Notes under the pieces: model-generated
Seen by the model: only the letters and a program-made list of their open reading frames with translations
The model's database searches: none
What the model was told of the DNA's origin: nothing
Shown here: piece by piece, positions 61,515 through 64,000 of the stretch
How the letters are laid out: every line of letters starts with the position of its first letter
How positions within the stretch are numbered: position 1 is the stretch's first letter
Virus record (IMG/VR): IMGVR_UViG_3300032050_000004
Span: 124,001 to 188,000 of that record
Direction: 5' to 3' (one strand)
DNA length: 64,000 nucleotides
Program-made: the position numbers and the translations under genes

Positions 61515-61587
61515 TTTATTAAATTATATACTAATAAATAATTTGTTTTTTTAATTTTAATAAATTATAGATTATTTATATTTAACC

Positions 61588-62760
61588 ATGGAAATAAGAG
61601 AATTAATAAAAAAAGTAATTAAAGAGTCTTTTTTAACAGAAAATGAAGTTAAAAGAATAGATTTTAGCTACCCTTTACCTGATGATTTAAATAAATTGAA
61701 GAATTATTTCGATGAGAATAATTTTGAACTTTTTGTAGTAGGTGGAGCCGTGCGTGATATGATCTTAGGTAAGGAACCTAAAGACATAGATTTAGTATCT
61801 GATGCTACTCCTGATGACGTAAAAAGGATTTTACCAGATGAATATAGAATAATTCCCAAAGGAGAAGCTTTTGGTATCCTTCAAATAATTACTCCAGAAG
61901 GTGGTGATTACGAGATTGCTCGTTATCGTGAGGATATTGGAAAAAAAGATGGAAGAAGACCAGATTCGGTCAAATTTTCTACTATTGATTCAGATGCTTT
62001 AAGAAGGGATTTAACAATTAATGCTCTATATTACGATATAAATAAAAATCAAATTATAGATTTTGTTAATGGTTATGAAGATATTCTCAAAAGAAATATT
62101 AAAACTGTTGGTAAAGCAGAAGATAGATTTGAAGAGGATCGATTAAGAATATTGAGAGCATTTAGATTTGCAGCTAGATTTAATTCAAACTTAGATCAGG
62201 ATATAATAGAGGCTTTAAGAAAAAATAATTCTCTAAAAGGGGTATCTGAAGAGAGAATTAGAGATGAATTCCTTAAAGGTATAAAAAGTGCTCAATCTGT
62301 TGTAAAATTCCTTACCGATTTAGAAAATTATGGATTACTAAAACAAATTTTAGATGATTTGAATTATAGTCAATCTGAATTCGTAGAATCAAAAGATTAT
62401 ATCGTGTTATTGGCTAATTTACTTAAAAATAATCCAGTTCATAAAATTCAAACTATTCTTAATAATCTTAAATATACAACTGATGAAATAAGAAAAATTA
62501 TTTTCCTTGTTTTGTTTTTAAATTTCGATCCTGAATCTGTATATAATTTTAAAGTAAAAGAAAATGTTTCGAAAATATCTCCAGAAGAATTAAAGGAATT
62601 TGCCAGAATAAATTCTATAAATTCAAATATGGTAGATAAATTCATAGATTTTAAATTATCTGTTTCAGGGGATGAACTTTTACAGAAGGGATTCAAGGGA
62701 GCATCATTAGGAAAAGAAAAAGAAAGATTAGAGACTGTTAACTTCCTTGATACTCTTTAG
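61588..62760 (+). CDS. cca: Class II tRNA nucleotidyltransferase (CCA-adding enzyme)
   Basis: VGGAVRD..LGKEPKDIDL, DGRRPDSV loop, RRDLTINAL, and EDRLRILRAFRF; no HD domain and no obvious poly(A) polymerase signature. Confidence 0.88.
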   Translation: MEIRELIKKVIKESFLTENEVKRIDFSYPLPDDLNKLKNYFDENNFELFVVGGAVRDMILGKEPKDIDLVSDATPDDVKRILPDEYRIIPKGEAFGILQIITPEGGDYEIARYREDIGKKDGRRPDSVKFSTIDSDALRRDLTINALYYDINKNQIIDFVNGYEDILKRNIKTVGKAEDRFEEDRLRILRAFRFAARFNSNLDQDIIEALRKNNSLKGVSEERIRDEFLKGIKSAQSVVKFLTDLENYGLLKQILDDLNYSQSEFVESKDYIVLLANLLKNNPVHKIQTILNNLKYTTDEIRKIIFLVLFLNFDPESVYNFKVKENVSKISPEELKEFARINSINSNMVDKFIDFKLSVSGDELLQKGFKGASLGKEKERLETVNFLDTL

Positions 62761-62781
62761 TTTTTTCGACTATTTATTTAC

Positions 62782-63798
62782 ATGAAAAAGGATAAAATTC
62801 CCGGAGGCAAAGCAAAAGGCAAATCTTTAAAAGATATTGCGATTATGCACTGTAAATCTGATTCAAAAAACAAATCAGATGAAAGAAAAATTGAAAAAAT
62901 GTTAGACCATTTAAAGTTGGAATTAAAAAAAGGGATTAAAACTGAATTGGAACATACAACCAGTGAAGAATTTGCCAAAGAAATAGCTATGGATCATTTA
63001 TATGAAGATCCAAAATATTATACAAAACTTTTAAAAATTGAAGAAATGAAAAAAACAAAAAAAATAAACATCAACGATATATCTGAAATGGTTAAGAAAG
63101 CTCTTAATGAAGAATTTGTTGGTGGTGTAAATTATGATAATGTTTTAGCAACTGAACTAAAAGAAAAAGTTGGTGATTTAAGCAAATTAACTCCTTATGT
63201 TTTAGAACTAGGTAATGAAATTCAATCAGATTCATCTGGTAAAATTCATGTTTATGATGAGGGAAAAAAAGTTAAGATATTCAACAATATTGATGACTTT
63301 TTAAAAGGTATCAAATACGGTCCTGTTAGAATTACCGAAGAAGATTCTTCAATGCCACATAAAGATCATGAAGCTATGATGGCAAAAGGAGAAATCAGAG
63401 ATATGGTTAAAAATGCAAAAGAAGTTTATAAAATGATTCAACCCGGTGATGAACTTCCCGGATGGATTTCTGCTTATATTACTTTAGCTTCAGATTATAT
63501 GCATAGCATCGCTGAATACATGACTGAAAAACATAGTGGTGGTGAAGAACTAACTGAAGATACAGAAGATGCACCAAAGAAATTAACAATGGATCAATTT
63601 TGTGAATGGTTAGGTTTGCCAACAGATAAAGTTCAATTAGGAATTGAAATTGCAAAGGTTTCAGACCCGGATGGAGCATACACTCACTTACAGGATATGG
63701 GTGAAGATGAAGCAGCGGAAGCAATAGAAGCCATATATTTTGAACATGGTTCTCTTAAAGAAGCAATTGCTGCTTGTAAAGAAGATTTAGGCATTTAA
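62782..63798 (+). CDS. Putative head-associated modular protein (DUF5661-like N-terminal module)
   Basis: GIKTELEHT....AKEIAMDHLYEDPKYYTKL module, then further modules separated by IEE/LNEE/ITEE/LTE. Confidence 0.6.
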   Translation: MKKDKIPGGKAKGKSLKDIAIMHCKSDSKNKSDERKIEKMLDHLKLELKKGIKTELEHTTSEEFAKEIAMDHLYEDPKYYTKLLKIEEMKKTKKININDISEMVKKALNEEFVGGVNYDNVLATELKEKVGDLSKLTPYVLELGNEIQSDSSGKIHVYDEGKKVKIFNNIDDFLKGIKYGPVRITEEDSSMPHKDHEAMMAKGEIRDMVKNAKEVYKMIQPGDELPGWISAYITLASDYMHSIAEYMTEKHSGGEELTEDTEDAPKKLTMDQFCEWLGLPTDKVQLGIEIAKVSDPDGAYTHLQDMGEDEAAEAIEAIYFEHGSLKEAIAACKEDLGI

Positions 63799-63818
63799 AT
63801 AAATTTATTTTTTTACAT

Positions 63819-63852
63819 AACCATAGTTTTTTATTAAACTATGGTTTTTTTT
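63819..63852 (+). terminator. Rho-independent terminator
   Basis: AACCATAGTTT/AAACTATGGTT stem and T-run. Confidence 0.75.
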
Positions 63853-63875
63853 ATTTAAATAATATCTTTATATTA

Positions 63876-64000
63876 ATGAAAAAGGACATAATTATTTTTC
63901 ACCACAGTTATTTAGTAAATAATTGGTTAGAAATTATGAGTGAACAACTAGACCTTTTAAAGAAAAGCGAACTTTATGAAAATGCTCAACAAATACATTT
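63876..64000 (+). CDS. Start of a hypothetical protein running off the window
   Basis: MKKDIIIFHHSYLVNNWLEIMSEQLDLLKKSELYENAQQIH..., open to the end; TATCTTTA 5 nt upstream. Confidence 0.6.
   Translation, partial: MKKDIIIFHHSYLVNNWLEIMSEQLDLLKKSELYENAQQIH

Noticed and set aside
1-64000. Stop-codon reassignment, as seen in some Bacteroidota phages
   Set aside because: Long genes are intact in code 11, and TAA, TAG (4627, 62760) and TGA (6492, 29786) all end genes at sensible places; only one internal stop was found.
1-64000. tRNA genes accompanying the CCA enzyme
   Set aside because: No intergenic gap shows a cloverleaf or T-loop GTTCGA context; tRNAscan would confirm.

Overview
A 64 kb AT-rich segment of a large T4-like (myovirus-type) jumbo phage genome, read with standard code 11. 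The host is probably a Bacteroidota member, judging from a Bacteroidota-type class II RNR, TAnnTTTG promoter boxes, an Hc1-like protein and a T9SS-cargo-like gene. From left to right the window holds: (1) a replication block (NrdJ, DnaB/gp41 helicase, 5'-3' exonuclease, RecA/UvsX, a truncated family A polymerase); (2) a baseplate/tail block (a hub protein with GH19-like and amidase domains, a 2581-aa repeat protein, a 2505-aa tape-measure candidate, two gp26-like paralogues); (3) a membrane/lysis-like cassette and DnaE; (4) a tail-fibre block, where one collagen-like fibre ORF is split by a single in-frame TAA; (5) the head block (gp21 protease, scaffold, gp23 capsid), followed by probable head-associated genes including a flavoprotein and a CCA-adding enzyme. 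The best candidate for a new system is a short shared 'I/L-R/K-x-L/I-I-K/R-E...[LIM]-x-E' tag on unrelated late proteins. It may be a capsid-loading address removed by the prohead protease, and it is present on the tRNA CCA-adding enzyme. Three promoter classes can also be read from intergenic DNA. All family calls come from motif recognition by eye; no database search was run.
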